A stretch of 64,000 nucleotides of DNA, from IMG/VR virus record IMGVR_UViG_3300013131_004463, positions 15,231 to 79,230 of that record. The stretch is one strand, 5' to 3'. The notes beneath the pieces are model-generated. The model saw nothing but the letters and a program-made list of their open reading frames with translations. It was not told where the DNA came from and did no database searches. Below, piece after piece: positions 41,665 through 52,025 of this stretch. Each line of letters starts with the position of its first letter. The first letter of the stretch is position 1. Position numbers and translations under genes: made by a program. The DNA is from a virus.

Positions 41665-41936
41665 ATTTTTTCTCCGTTATTTTCAACTATTTCATTAAGG
41701 TATCTTTTTATTTTACCATAATAGACTACTCCACCAATTGTTTTAATAAATTGGTGTTTTTTATTTTCATCCCAATTTTTATAATTATTAATAAAATTAG
41801 GATTTTTAAAAATTGTTAAACTAGGTTTTAGTATACCAAAATTATCTTTTAAACTTTTTTGTATGCTTTGGATAGACAAGTTGCCCTCTATTATCTTATC
41901 TACTGGAAAATTATAGTTTATTCTTTTAGGTCTCAT
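41661..41936 (-). CDS. Hypothetical protein
   Basis: ATGA-coupled ORF. Confidence 0.6.
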   Translation of the reverse strand: MRPKRINYNFPVDKIIEGNLSIQSIQKSLKDNFGILKPSLTIFKNPNFINNYKNWDENKKHQFIKTIGGVVYYGKIKRYLNEIVENNGEKI

Positions 41937-42157
41937 TTTATTGATATATTTAATTTACTGAAACTTTCTTCTATTTCTCTAATAGCATCATTTGCATTAT
42001 CGAGAATTCTTTTGCGTATTTTTTGATAAGTTTCATCATTTATATTATAGCCTGAATCACCTAGATCTTCAAGTATAAAAAAGAAATTTTTATATATATT
42101 TGTAATTTTTCTCTTTATCTGAAAAAGAGTAATATCTTTTATAGGATCATTTTCCAT
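41933..42157 (-). CDS. Hypothetical protein
   Basis: ORF with GTGTAA motif upstream (42197-42202). Confidence 0.6.
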   Translation of the reverse strand: MENDPIKDITLFQIKRKITNIYKNFFFILEDLGDSGYNINDETYQKIRKRILDNANDAIREIEESFSKLNISIK

Positions 42158-42202
42158 AATCTTTTACCTTTATTTTAACCTTTAACCTAAACTGAATTAC
42201 AC

Positions 42203-42238
42203 AAAAAATAACCCCCGCGAGAAGCGAGGGTTATTTTA
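42203..42238 (-). terminator. Rho-independent terminator after the tail tube gene
   Basis: AAATAACCC-CCGC..GCG-AGGGTTATTT hairpin, followed by a U-run on the minus strand. Confidence 0.8.
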
Positions 42239-42258
42239 TAATTTTATTTAATTATTTA

Positions 42259-43440
42259 TTAGAACTGACCGTTAATAAATAATCCATTAGTTGTATCTTG
42301 AGGACCACCAACTTGAGTACTAAATGTTAATGTAACAGTTTTGTTAGCGCCAATATCAGAACTAAATTCTTGACTATCTAATCTAGAGCCTTTAAGCTTA
42401 AATTTAGCCATAGTCAAGGTAGAGTCTGTTGGACTTTTGATTGTTATTGATGGCTCATAAGTTGTAGAATCATTTGCAACTATATTTGCAAGACTTCCGG
42501 TTACCATATCTGTTACTTGAGCGTCTACGCTTAATGTAACAGTTAATGGGAAGTCAATCTCTCTAGAGAATGCAAACTTATTTCCAAGTTTTTCAATTGG
42601 AGTACGAGCAAGATCAAAGCTTAATGTATAGCTTTGAATGTTAATAGCATTAACATCTGCGCCACCAGCAGTAGTATTACTTAAACTTAATGTAATATCA
42701 CCTGGACGAAGAGCGCTAATAGTATTTCCATTTGAAATTCCAACATTTTGTAAAGCTTGTGGAAGCTGATAATAGTTAGTAAGGGGTAGTCCATTAATTG
42801 GGTTAACTGCTGGTACAAAATTACCACTTGATGCTGCCCCGTCTGTGCCAATACCAGTTTGGAAATTCATATTTAATCCTTCAACATTAATTGTAGTTGT
42901 TGGGAAATTACCAACAGAAGCTTCTGTTGAATAAGAGGTTATGAATGCATTTCCAATTCCAATAACACCATTATTTGGATTTGTATTATCTGTATTACCT
43001 ACTGCATCTGTTCCTTCTGGAGTTGTGCGGATAAAATAATTTCTTTCATCACTTGTTTTATTTAAGAATCCAGAGATTGCAGAAATGTTAGAATCTGTAC
43101 CGCCAGAAACAATTGTGAATCCAAGAATATTTTCATTCGCAAGACTAGCATTAATATAGCTAAAATCAAGAGCAACAGTTGGATTTGTTAGAATTACGCG
43201 ATCAATTGCTGCGAGTTGACCGAATTGATTTACGTCTGTGCGATCAACAGTAAAACTATAATTTGCAGTTTGAATTCTTTGAAGTTGTTTGACTAAGTTA
43301 CCGCTAATGCGCGCCCAATTATTACCAGCAACAGCGTCATTTGTTCTTGCTCCGTTTGCGTCTTGAAAGTGAAAACCTGTTGCTGGTGCTGGGCCAGCGT
43401 AAAGAGCTTCTGATTGATAAATTATTCTATTTCTAGGCAT
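42259..43440 (-). CDS. Major tail tube protein
   Basis: Strong GGAG RBS, own terminator, beta-rich composition, upstream of chaperones and TMP. Confidence 0.75.
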   Translation of the reverse strand: MPRNRIIYQSEALYAGPAPATGFHFQDANGARTNDAVAGNNWARISGNLVKQLQRIQTANYSFTVDRTDVNQFGQLAAIDRVILTNPTVALDFSYINASLANENILGFTIVSGGTDSNISAISGFLNKTSDERNYFIRTTPEGTDAVGNTDNTNPNNGVIGIGNAFITSYSTEASVGNFPTTTINVEGLNMNFQTGIGTDGAASSGNFVPAVNPINGLPLTNYYQLPQALQNVGISNGNTISALRPGDITLSLSNTTAGGADVNAINIQSYTLSFDLARTPIEKLGNKFAFSREIDFPLTVTLSVDAQVTDMVTGSLANIVANDSTTYEPSITIKSPTDSTLTMAKFKLKGSRLDSQEFSSDIGANKTVTLTFSTQVGGPQDTTNGLFINGQF

Positions 43441-43493
43441 ATTAAATTCTCCATTTATCTTTATTACACCTTATTTTTAGGTTTTTCCTTTTT

Positions 43494-44357
43494 TTATTGA
43501 TGAGGGTATCTATTTTGGCTTAGTTCAAAATCAATAAAAGCTGTAAAGAGATTAGGATTTAATTTATTATAATTATTACTTAATCTATTATCTATTTTAG
43601 ATATAGTAACATTATCTATATATAAATACTCATAATCTGGCTGTTTATTTGATATTAATTCTTGATAATTAAAGCAATGTCCAGTGCAGCTCCCAAGCAT
43701 ATTAAATGGCATCTCATTATCATATATTAATGGCACAAGATCCCTAGAAGTATCTCTAAATATGCTAGTTACAGCGTCTAATTTAAATATATTATCAGAT
43801 AATACGATTGCTCTTACATTAATGTTAGTTTTATCTAAACCACCAAAAGCCAAAGGTTCATTTGCTCCGCCTTGATATTTTAAATATATAACAGGATATG
43901 TTTCAAAATTAGGAGCTAGTCCGGTTGGATTTTGATAAGTTTGAGGTTTAAGTTGAAACTGAGTTTCAAACAATAAATCCTCTTCTGTTTCACTTGTTAG
44001 GTATACATTAAAGTCTTTAACTGCATAATTTCCACTTATAGATGTTGGCGTGCCAGCTATTGGCTGACTAAAATATAACTGCCCTTGACTAGCATTTATG
44101 CCGCTTAGATAGTTTTGTCCTACGGTAGTAAATGTATTATTAATATATACTCCGCTAATAATATTTGCATTTGGCACAGATTCGTCAATTACCATCTGTT
44201 TAAATGGCGCGCCATAAGTATAATATCCATAATATCTTGTTTCTATTGGCCAAAAATTACTTGAATAATTAGTAAAAGCTTCTCCTTTAGTAAGTAATTT
44301 ATTATCAAACCAAAATAGCATACTGGTCATTGCGACGTTATTAAATTGAACTTTCAT
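43494..44357 (-). CDS. Tail terminator / neck protein
   Basis: Gene order and YPVIYL motif. Confidence 0.5.
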   Translation of the reverse strand: MKVQFNNVAMTSMLFWFDNKLLTKGEAFTNYSSNFWPIETRYYGYYTYGAPFKQMVIDESVPNANIISGVYINNTFTTVGQNYLSGINASQGQLYFSQPIAGTPTSISGNYAVKDFNVYLTSETEEDLLFETQFQLKPQTYQNPTGLAPNFETYPVIYLKYQGGANEPLAFGGLDKTNINVRAIVLSDNIFKLDAVTSIFRDTSRDLVPLIYDNEMPFNMLGSCTGHCFNYQELISNKQPDYEYLYIDNVTISKIDNRLSNNYNKLNPNLFTAFIDFELSQNRYPHQ

Positions 44358-44358
44358 T

Positions 44359-44940
44359 TTATTTAAAACTTCCTATAAAATTTTTGTATAACAAGCTAAA
44401 GTATTTTGCTGGTTTATAAGATGCTCTTCTAACTTTATTCTGACTTTGTATGCCTCTTCCAGATCTGCTTGAAGAAAACATAAGTCCATATAAATAATTA
44501 CTAAATCCAGATATACCTTTTTCTATACTCTTTAACCAACTATTGCCGCCTTCAAAAGGCATTGGTGTATAAGCTTGAAGTTCTTCTAAAGAAGGCGAAG
44601 AGACTCTAAAATTAAATATTCCATCTTTAAATTCGCCTTTTTCTATTCTTGTGTTTTTATCTATTAAATCTGTAAGATCTTCTATAGGTTTTTCGCCCTG
44701 ATTAAATCCTATAAAAGTGTATAAATTTCCTTCTCCATTTAAAGTTCTTGAAATATTTTCAGAATCTGGTCCATTCATTAATTCTTGAGAAATTGGATGA
44801 TTATTTATGTTATTTAAATATTCTTTTTTTTGATCTTCTAAGATTTTATTAGCAATAATATTAGCTTCTTTTTCTAAAGATCTTGCTTTAGTTTTAGATA
44901 TTTCATCTTTAAGGATTAATCTGTTAATTCTACCAGCCAT
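44359..44940 (-). CDS. Tail completion protein (HK97 gp10-like position)
   Basis: Gene order; IEKG motif and basic C-terminus. Confidence 0.45.
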   Translation of the reverse strand: MAGRINRLILKDEISKTKARSLEKEANIIANKILEDQKKEYLNNINNHPISQELMNGPDSENISRTLNGEGNLYTFIGFNQGEKPIEDLTDLIDKNTRIEKGEFKDGIFNFRVSSPSLEELQAYTPMPFEGGNSWLKSIEKGISGFSNYLYGLMFSSSRSGRGIQSQNKVRRASYKPAKYFSLLYKNFIGSFK

Positions 44941-45377
44941 TATTTTGTTTCCTCTAAATAGTATTGATAGTAAGTATTATTCAAATATTTTCTTACTCCT
45001 GCTGTGGTAATTTGATTAAAAGTTTTGCCATCTAATTGAATATTTATTACTTTGCCTTGATCCATGTAATCTCTTGCGTCTTGTTTAACTACTAAAGTGA
45101 TAATACCACGAGCGATAGACAATCTAACATCCGCTAATATATCTTCGCTTTGTTTTTTATTATAAGATATTCTACCTTTGAAAGTAGCTTGAACAGGAAT
45201 ATAATTATAAGCTTCTGGTACAGATTGAGTATCATAGCCGAATAATGGTGTGGTTGCAGGAGAAACAAGAACTTTAATTGGTTCTTTGTTTACGGTGAAC
45301 TCTCTAGAAAAATAATCAAAGAATTTATCAAACTCTTTAGAGAATTTATCTGCTACGCTGGGATCTATAAAGCTCAT
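44940..45377 (-). CDS. Head closure / stopper protein
   Basis: Gene order and size. Confidence 0.45.
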   Translation of the reverse strand: MSFIDPSVADKFSKEFDKFFDYFSREFTVNKEPIKVLVSPATTPLFGYDTQSVPEAYNYIPVQATFKGRISYNKKQSEDILADVRLSIARGIITLVVKQDARDYMDQGKVINIQLDGKTFNQITTAGVRKYLNNTYYQYYLEETK

Positions 45378-45379
45378 TT

Positions 45380-45889
45380 TTAACCAGCATTATATACTGT
45401 GCGAATATTATATAACGCATCTCTTTCTGAGTTGTAAGATCCTGCTATAGTATCATCTCCAGCGACTTGTAATGGAGACGCTTCATTTATATTATATTTA
45501 TCAACTAAAGACTTTAATTCTTCATGCTCCTGCTTACGGATTTGATAAAAGCTTTTTAAGACTTCATTAGTATTTAGTTTTTGTACGCTGCCAAAATCAT
45601 CTTTGATTGAAGTATAATCAGCAGAAGCAAGGCTACCAATACTCTTTATTTTAATATCAAAAAAGTATATGGAATACATTTTTTTAAATATATATTTTTG
45701 TACATCTGTAAGACTTGGACTAATTTCTAAAGTTGAACTATCAATTACAAACTCTATATTCAAAAGATTTCCAAGACCACCAATATTTCTTCTTACCCAA
45801 GCAGCAATCGCAGCTATACTAAAATCGCTTGGTTCGCCCATTTCTTCATATATTTCTTGCGCAATAGATGGTACGGTATTAATAATCAT
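45380..45889 (-). CDS. Head-tail adaptor protein
   Basis: Gene order, helical, GTGTAA motif upstream. Confidence 0.45.
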   Translation of the reverse strand: MIINTVPSIAQEIYEEMGEPSDFSIAAIAAWVRRNIGGLGNLLNIEFVIDSSTLEISPSLTDVQKYIFKKMYSIYFFDIKIKSIGSLASADYTSIKDDFGSVQKLNTNEVLKSFYQIRKQEHEELKSLVDKYNINEASPLQVAGDDTIAGSYNSERDALYNIRTVYNAG

Positions 45890-45920
45890 ACCTTAAATTA
45901 CACTTTAAATTATTGTAAAT

Positions 45921-46787
45921 TTAAAGCAAAGTTGATAATATTTCTTCTGTATTAAATGCTTCTGCTATATTATAATTACACTGATGAGGCAATCCAACAA
46001 ACTCTTTTTCAAGTATAATCCCATCTATGTTATGAGTGAAAACTTTAGCTTGATCTTTGGCTAATATATTAGAATGTATATTATAACCAAGTCTGTCTGG
46101 ACGAGTGCCTATCCAACAAACAGTAGATGGAAGCATTAACGCAGCTGCGGCATGTTGAGCAAAAGAATCTATAAATAATCTTTTTTGACTTAAACCTATC
46201 AAACAAAACATGTCTCTCCAATTTGCATTAACTTTTTCTGTATTTTCAAATGATATCTGATCATCCCTAGCAATATGAAATATATGATATTTATCTTTTA
46301 ATCTACTCACTAAATTATTAACTAAAAATTCTGGAAGATCTCTTGCCCAACTATAATTATTTCCTTCTCCACCGCCATTAGTTTGTAGAAGTAGAATTGG
46401 TTTTTCTCTTTTGAACTTCTTTATATTTTCATAAATTTCTGGATAGTTTAAGAATAATCTTGGATTTTCTCCACTATATTTTAGTCCAAACATGCCACAC
46501 CAAGCTTCAATTAAATGTTTATTTTCAACTACATATTCATTGCTTTGATATACTTCATTGCCTAAAAATATAGTATCTTTATCTTTTATAAAATCTTCAT
46601 GAAAATATTGAACAGTGTTTGATCTGTATACTCTATGCACAAATGGATTATTAAGAAACGCCTCTGGATAAGGACAAATTATTATTAATTTTCTATCTGG
46701 ATAATTTTTATTTATATTTTCAGCAACTGCAGTTGCAGCTATATGTTTACCAATTCCACCTTGAAGAAAAAATACTACAGTTTTCAA
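45921..46787 (-). CDS. GT9-like glycosyltransferase
   Basis: GGIGKHI, NNPFV, ARDLP, FIDSFAQHAAAAL..PSTVCW. Confidence 0.75.
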   Translation of the reverse strand: MKTVVFFLQGGIGKHIAATAVAENINKNYPDRKLIIICPYPEAFLNNPFVHRVYRSNTVQYFHEDFIKDKDTIFLGNEVYQSNEYVVENKHLIEAWCGMFGLKYSGENPRLFLNYPEIYENIKKFKREKPILLLQTNGGGEGNNYSWARDLPEFLVNNLVSRLKDKYHIFHIARDDQISFENTEKVNANWRDMFCLIGLSQKRLFIDSFAQHAAAALMLPSTVCWIGTRPDRLGYNIHSNILAKDQAKVFTHNIDGIILEKEFVGLPHQCNYNIAEAFNTEEILSTLL

Positions 46788-46788
46788 T

Positions 46789-47535
46789 TTATGCTAATAA
46801 AATTTCATTTGCGAATGAAGAATGACCATTATCTCCATTTCTTTCGGTTTGAAAACTAACATCAATTCCATAACAATTAATATTAGGATATATTGTTGAT
46901 AAATATTCATCTACTGGACCGATTATAGTTGATTCTGATAATTTTTTAGCAATTTCTCCTTTTATTATGTAAGCTTGTAAATATAATGCTGCATTTATTT
47001 TATATATATTCTGTGAGTGAGAACGTATCTTAAAATCAGTTGGTTCAAAACTTAAAAAGTTATTTTTATTACCCCAGCCAAGTAAAAATATATCAAAATT
47101 TAGCTTATTTTTAATATTTTCTAAATCATTAAATAATTCGTTTAGTCTCAGGAAGAAGGTAACATCGTCTTCCATAATTAATGAATATTCATAATTTTGC
47201 GCTAATTTCCAAGCTTTTCTATGACTTTGCGCCACGCAAGCTTCTGAGATAGATATATTAACTAAATCTTTTTCATAATCATAAGATTTAAGCTTCATTA
47301 ACTCACTTTGACTAGTAGTTGTGCAGAAATATTCTTTTTGTATTAAATTAAGAAGATTAGCATTCTTGACTTTATCTTGATCAACGTATTCTTTACCGTC
47401 TTTATTAATAGATATAAAATCTTTATAGTCAATAGCTGGGACTCTTTCAAATTCAACTTCGTGAAAATTTAAAAGCCCAGTACTATGAATTAGTCTATCT
47501 TGTCTTCTATCAAGATTAATAACAAAAGTTTTCAT
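46789..47535 (-). CDS. GT25 family glycosyltransferase
   Basis: FVINLDRRQDR, RVPAID, CVAQSHRKAW, IMEDD, AYII, PVDE. Confidence 0.88.
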   Translation of the reverse strand: MKTFVINLDRRQDRLIHSTGLLNFHEVEFERVPAIDYKDFISINKDGKEYVDQDKVKNANLLNLIQKEYFCTTTSQSELMKLKSYDYEKDLVNISISEACVAQSHRKAWKLAQNYEYSLIMEDDVTFFLRLNELFNDLENIKNKLNFDIFLLGWGNKNNFLSFEPTDFKIRSHSQNIYKINAALYLQAYIIKGEIAKKLSESTIIGPVDEYLSTIYPNINCYGIDVSFQTERNGDNGHSSFANEILLA

Positions 47536-47536
47536 A

Positions 47537-47557
47537 TATTATATATTATATATTATA
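47537..47557. repeat. Tandem (TATTATA)x3, read as stacked TATAAT boxes on the minus strand
   Basis: Directly upstream of the GT25 start; TTGATA at 47567-47572 (minus). Confidence 0.7.
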
Positions 47558-47585
47558 TATATTTTATATCAAAATTATTTTATAA

Positions 47586-48329
47586 TTAAATTATTAATCT
47601 ACTTTTTACTGGATCTGAAGAGTGGGCGTTATCTATTAAATCATTTTCAGTTTGTAGAGAGGCATACATTCCATAACAATTTATATTTTCATATAGCGCC
47701 GCCACATGTTCATCTACTGGACCAATAATAGTAGATTCATAAAGTTTTTTAGCCATATCTTTGGTTACTATATATGCATGCAAGCATAATGCATAATTAA
47801 TTTTTTGTATGAGATATGAAGTATTAATATTTTCTAAAAAAAACATATTCGTTGCATATCCAATAGCCCAGCCTAATAAAAATATATCAAAATTAACATT
47901 AAACTCATTTTCTATATGGTTTAATAAAGGTGGAATTCTTTGAGTAAATGTAATATCATCTTCTAATATCAAAGAGTAATCATAATTCATGGCTTCTTTC
48001 CAAACTTTCTTATGACTTTTAGCAACACAAACTTCTGATAATGTCATCTTTAAAAGATCATTTTCTTTATCATAATGTTTTAATTGTAACAATTCATCTT
48101 GGCCTCTATGCAAGCAAACATATTCTGTTTGGATCTTTTCTAGTAAATCTGTTTTATTTATTTTTTGATAATCTATATATTCTTGATTATTTTCATCTAT
48201 AGAAATAAAATCTTTATAATCTATTCCTGATATTTTTTCAAAAGATGGAATACCATGAAATTCAAGATGTTTTTTCATATACTCAAGCCTATCTTGTCTT
48301 CTGTCTAAATTAATAACAAAAGTTTTCAT
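47586..48329 (-). CDS. GT25 family glycosyltransferase (tandem paralogue)
   Basis: Same motifs; identical N-terminus MKTFVINLDRRQDRL. Confidence 0.88.
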   Translation of the reverse strand: MKTFVINLDRRQDRLEYMKKHLEFHGIPSFEKISGIDYKDFISIDENNQEYIDYQKINKTDLLEKIQTEYVCLHRGQDELLQLKHYDKENDLLKMTLSEVCVAKSHKKVWKEAMNYDYSLILEDDITFTQRIPPLLNHIENEFNVNFDIFLLGWAIGYATNMFFLENINTSYLIQKINYALCLHAYIVTKDMAKKLYESTIIGPVDEHVAALYENINCYGMYASLQTENDLIDNAHSSDPVKSRLII

Positions 48330-48338
48330 ATTTTATAT

Positions 48339-51300
48339 TTATATAGCAGTATTCCCATATATTATGTATCCGTTATCTCCGCTATGCAATAATGAGATTG
48401 TTGCATATTGACCTGCGGTTCTAAATTGATTATTATAACTATTTAGAGTTACTCCTGCTGAACCAGTAATTTGAACTTGACCTGCTCCAATTTGTATAAT
48501 TGATGTATTAAATCCAGTAGGATTTCCAAAACTTATTGTGCCAGTTAACATTGATCCAGAGTTTGCAAGAACAATTCTACTATTATATCCTGTGCCAATT
48601 GAAAAATTTGTATTTGCATTTAATATATTTGATGTAGCATTAATTAAATTACTATCACAAAAATCAACTCTTCCAGGAAGTGGAGATGGAGATAAAGTTA
48701 TATTACTGCCTGTTAAAAATATTCCACCATTAAAATCTAACGATAAAGAGCAAGCGCCTCTTGATGCTTTACCTCTTGATCCGCCATCACCAATTACTGT
48801 CGCTCCAATGTGAGAAACAAAATTTTGTCTTCCTCCAAGAACTGATGCGAAACAAGAAGTTATTTTATTACTATATCCACCAAAAATTGAACTATATTCC
48901 GTTGCAGTAGTGCAATTTAAAAAATTGCCAGTAATGATATTAAAACCTCCACCTGCTATAAATCCTGCATTAGCGCCTCTTGTCTTTATACCTACAAGAT
49001 TAGAATGCCCACCAATTATAGAACTACAATTTCCATTTATTTTATTATCGCAACCTCCTAGTGCAACTGAAGAGTCTCCATTATCTAATCTATTCCTATT
49101 TCCACCAATTATAGAAGCAAAGAGTACGCCAACAGAACTAGCTCCACTATTACAAATACCGCCCAATATTACTGTAGAACAATAAGAGCTAAGATTATTA
49201 CAAAATCCTCCTATTATACTATTATGAGCTTGAAAACATATTGAGTTGTTTGAACCACCTAATATAGAATTATTATTTGCACATGTAAAACCGGGAAGGG
49301 AATGAGTTATACAATTACGTAATCCGCCACCAATAAAATTATTAAATACAGTACATCCTGGTCCTATAAAATTACAAATTCCTCCAGCAATAACATTATT
49401 TAAATTAGAAGCATTAAATATATTAGGAAAAGAGCTTCCTACAGAACCAATTATATTATCTCTTCCACCGCCAATAGTATTCAGATTTCCTTGTATTATA
49501 TTGGAACATCCACCACCAATAGTAGATCTTACTCCCGTTATAAGATTACAAACTCCTCCACCAATTGCTGAATGATTTCCAGAAATTGAATTTGTTTCTC
49601 CGCCTGGCATAGATGGATATAATGAAGCATTAAAAGATTGATCTTTCCCAAAAATACCACTGCCTCCACTAGTTAAAAAACTAACAGTAAGAGAACCTAC
49701 TAAATTTGTATTATCGTAAATATTTAGAAGACCAGAAGCATTGATATTAATATTTGCGCCAGTTAATGTCAAATCGCGAAGAATACCAAAATTTGTTGCT
49801 TGAGAACCAATGATTAAATTATTATTTTGCCAACCAAACAATCCAAATTCGCCAGAATTAGTGCCAGTTGCATTAAATATTCTTAAACTTTGAGGACTCG
49901 TTCCGCTATAGATATCTATACCAGATGTAAAAGTTTTTGCGCCATTTATAGTTTGATTGGTTGTTGTATTAACATATAATGCTGGAGTTACTCCTACTCC
50001 ACTAATGTAAAGTCCAATTCCGTTCCCTAATGCTCCAACCATTGGACTATTAATAGATACCTTATCTTGATCGATCGTAATAGATGGGAAACTTGTAGCA
50101 GTTCCAAATACTAAGCCACTTTTATATATATTAATTGTTCTACTAATATTTGTAAATGGATTAAAATTTAAATTACCAAATATATTAACATTCCCTCCAT
50201 AGATTTCATTTGCTTGAGTTCCTCCATACAAATTAACACTTCCTCCGTCACTTAGTCCGCTTCCACCTACTATATTTATGTTTCCTCCATAACCCACACC
50301 AAATGTTGGTGTAAATATATTATCTCTAGTAACTAGCTCAAGCCCTACTCGTGGATTAAGTAAGGCACCATTTCCAGATATACTACTAATTCCTTTTCTT
50401 CCAACTATAGTTTGAATTCCTGTTATATATACAATATCGTATAATGAATAATCTACGTATCCGCTAAGTGAGTTAATTTTATTATTTAAAAAAATTCCAG
50501 TTGAATTAAGCTCTCCACTTAAAACAACTCCTGTCCCATTTACATTGGGACGATTTGTTAAACTAATCGTGCCATTTACTATTGAAACATCTGCTCCAGA
50601 AATAGAAAGAGTATCAACGTTATTTAAATCAATCGCATTAAAAACTCCAGTTCCAGAAACACCTATATTATTAACAAAAGTTTTATTACCCGAGATAATT
50701 TGATTACCAAATGTTAAAACTGATACTCCGCTAAGAGCGTTAATCTTATTATCTAACGTGCTACCAGTCGAAGCGAGATTTGTTATAGTGGCGTAAGAAC
50801 TTAAATTTACTCCAGTTAAAACAGAATTGCCGCTAAGTAAAATATTTCCTGTTACATTTAAATTTCCAACTATATTTGTAGGATCAAATATATTTAAAAC
50901 ACCAGAAGCATTGATATTAATATTTGCGCCAGTTAATGTCAAATCGCGAAGAATACCAAAATTTGTTGCTTGAGAACCAATGATTAAATTATTATTTTGC
51001 CAACCAAACAGCCCGAATTCTCCAGAGTTAGTGCCAGTTGCATTAAATATTCTTAAACTTTGAGGATTTGTTCCGCTATAGATATCTATACTAGATGTAA
51101 AAGTTTTAAGACCACCTATAGTTTGATTGGTTGTTGTATTAACATATAACGCTGGAGTTACTGGTACGCCACCAATAATTAAACCAAATGGTGGAAATCC
51201 GGGAAGTATTTCATTTAATGAAATGTTATCATTATCAATAACTAAACCAGGCATCGTTCCCACTTGCCCCCCCCAGCCCGCGGCGGAGCCTGTTTTATAA

Positions 51301-52025
51301 ATAAGAAGATTATGTTGGGAGACAGTTGGAAAACCAGGATGCGTATATTTATTAATCCTTATATTTCCATATAAATTTATATCTCCATCGAATTGCGGTC
51401 CACCAGCGTATAAAGTAATACCTCCATAATCTGAATTTCCAAGTACTGTTCCTGTACCTGCTGTTAAAATTATATTACCACCAGGAGCTACTGCGCTCGG
51501 CGCTCCAATTATATTATCATTTGCTGCTATTAAATTTAAACTATGTGGTTGTGAGCCTTGGAGTCCTGAAATTATTCTTACACCTAATACTCTATAATCA
51601 TCAAATGTTTTATCACCATAGATTGTTTGATTACCAAATGTTAAAACTGATACTCCGCTAAGAGCGTTTATCTTGCTGTCTAGCGTACTACCAGTCGAAG
51701 CAAGATTGGTTATCGTGGCGTAAGAACTAAGATCTACACCTGTAAGAACTGGATTTCCAGATATATATATCGAACCTCCACCACTAATATAAATATTACT
51801 ATTTATTAAATTTATATCTGTGCCAGAGAATTGAAATTCACTAATATTACTTAAATCAACAGCATTAAATATTCCAGTGCCTTGAACTTCTACATTATTA
51901 ATAAAAGTTTTGTTTCCAGAAATAGTTTGATTTCCAGTATTATATACAAGATTTGGAGCAATTACTTCGTGAGAAAAAATCCCTGTTCTGCCTACAAGCG
52001 TTTTTGCTTTAAATATATTTGCCAC
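48339..52025 (-). CDS. Long fibre-like virion protein with internal repeats and Gly/Cys-rich beta-helix
   Basis: NQTIxGxKTF repeats, GGxCN repeats, C-terminal QIGAGQV...AGQYA domain. Confidence 0.75.
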   Translation of the reverse strand: MANIFKAKTLVGRTGIFSHEVIAPNLVYNTGNQTISGNKTFINNVEVQGTGIFNAVDLSNISEFQFSGTDINLINSNIYISGGGSIYISGNPVLTGVDLSSYATITNLASTGSTLDSKINALSGVSVLTFGNQTIYGDKTFDDYRVLGVRIISGLQGSQPHSLNLIAANDNIIGAPSAVAPGGNIILTAGTGTVLGNSDYGGITLYAGGPQFDGDINLYGNIRINKYTHPGFPTVSQHNLLIYKTGSAAGWGGQVGTMPGLVIDNDNISLNEILPGFPPFGLIIGGVPVTPALYVNTTTNQTIGGLKTFTSSIDIYSGTNPQSLRIFNATGTNSGEFGLFGWQNNNLIIGSQATNFGILRDLTLTGANININASGVLNIFDPTNIVGNLNVTGNILLSGNSVLTGVNLSSYATITNLASTGSTLDNKINALSGVSVLTFGNQIISGNKTFVNNIGVSGTGVFNAIDLNNVDTLSISGADVSIVNGTISLTNRPNVNGTGVVLSGELNSTGIFLNNKINSLSGYVDYSLYDIVYITGIQTIVGRKGISSISGNGALLNPRVGLELVTRDNIFTPTFGVGYGGNINIVGGSGLSDGGSVNLYGGTQANEIYGGNVNIFGNLNFNPFTNISRTINIYKSGLVFGTATSFPSITIDQDKVSINSPMVGALGNGIGLYISGVGVTPALYVNTTTNQTINGAKTFTSGIDIYSGTSPQSLRIFNATGTNSGEFGLFGWQNNNLIIGSQATNFGILRDLTLTGANININASGLLNIYDNTNLVGSLTVSFLTSGGSGIFGKDQSFNASLYPSMPGGETNSISGNHSAIGGGVCNLITGVRSTIGGGCSNIIQGNLNTIGGGRDNIIGSVGSSFPNIFNASNLNNVIAGGICNFIGPGCTVFNNFIGGGLRNCITHSLPGFTCANNNSILGGSNNSICFQAHNSIIGGFCNNLSSYCSTVILGGICNSGASSVGVLFASIIGGNRNRLDNGDSSVALGGCDNKINGNCSSIIGGHSNLVGIKTRGANAGFIAGGGFNIITGNFLNCTTATEYSSIFGGYSNKITSCFASVLGGRQNFVSHIGATVIGDGGSRGKASRGACSLSLDFNGGIFLTGSNITLSPSPLPGRVDFCDSNLINATSNILNANTNFSIGTGYNSRIVLANSGSMLTGTISFGNPTGFNTSIIQIGAGQVQITGSAGVTLNSYNNQFRTAGQYATISLLHSGDNGYIIYGNTAI
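49731..51162. repeat. Direct repeat pair of about 260 bp (49731-49992 and 50901-51162)
   Basis: First 110 bp identical; offset 1170 bp. Confidence 0.9.
50701..51745. repeat. Direct repeat pair of about 115 bp (from 50701 and from 51628)
   Basis: Encodes LSSYATITNLASTGSTLDxKINALSGVSVLTFGNQ twice; offset 927 bp. Confidence 0.85.

Noticed and set aside
49731-51162. Near-identical repeats as a DGR template/variable pair
   Set aside because: Mismatches are not adenine-specific and many are synonymous, both copies are in-frame in one gene, and no reverse transcriptase is present in the window.
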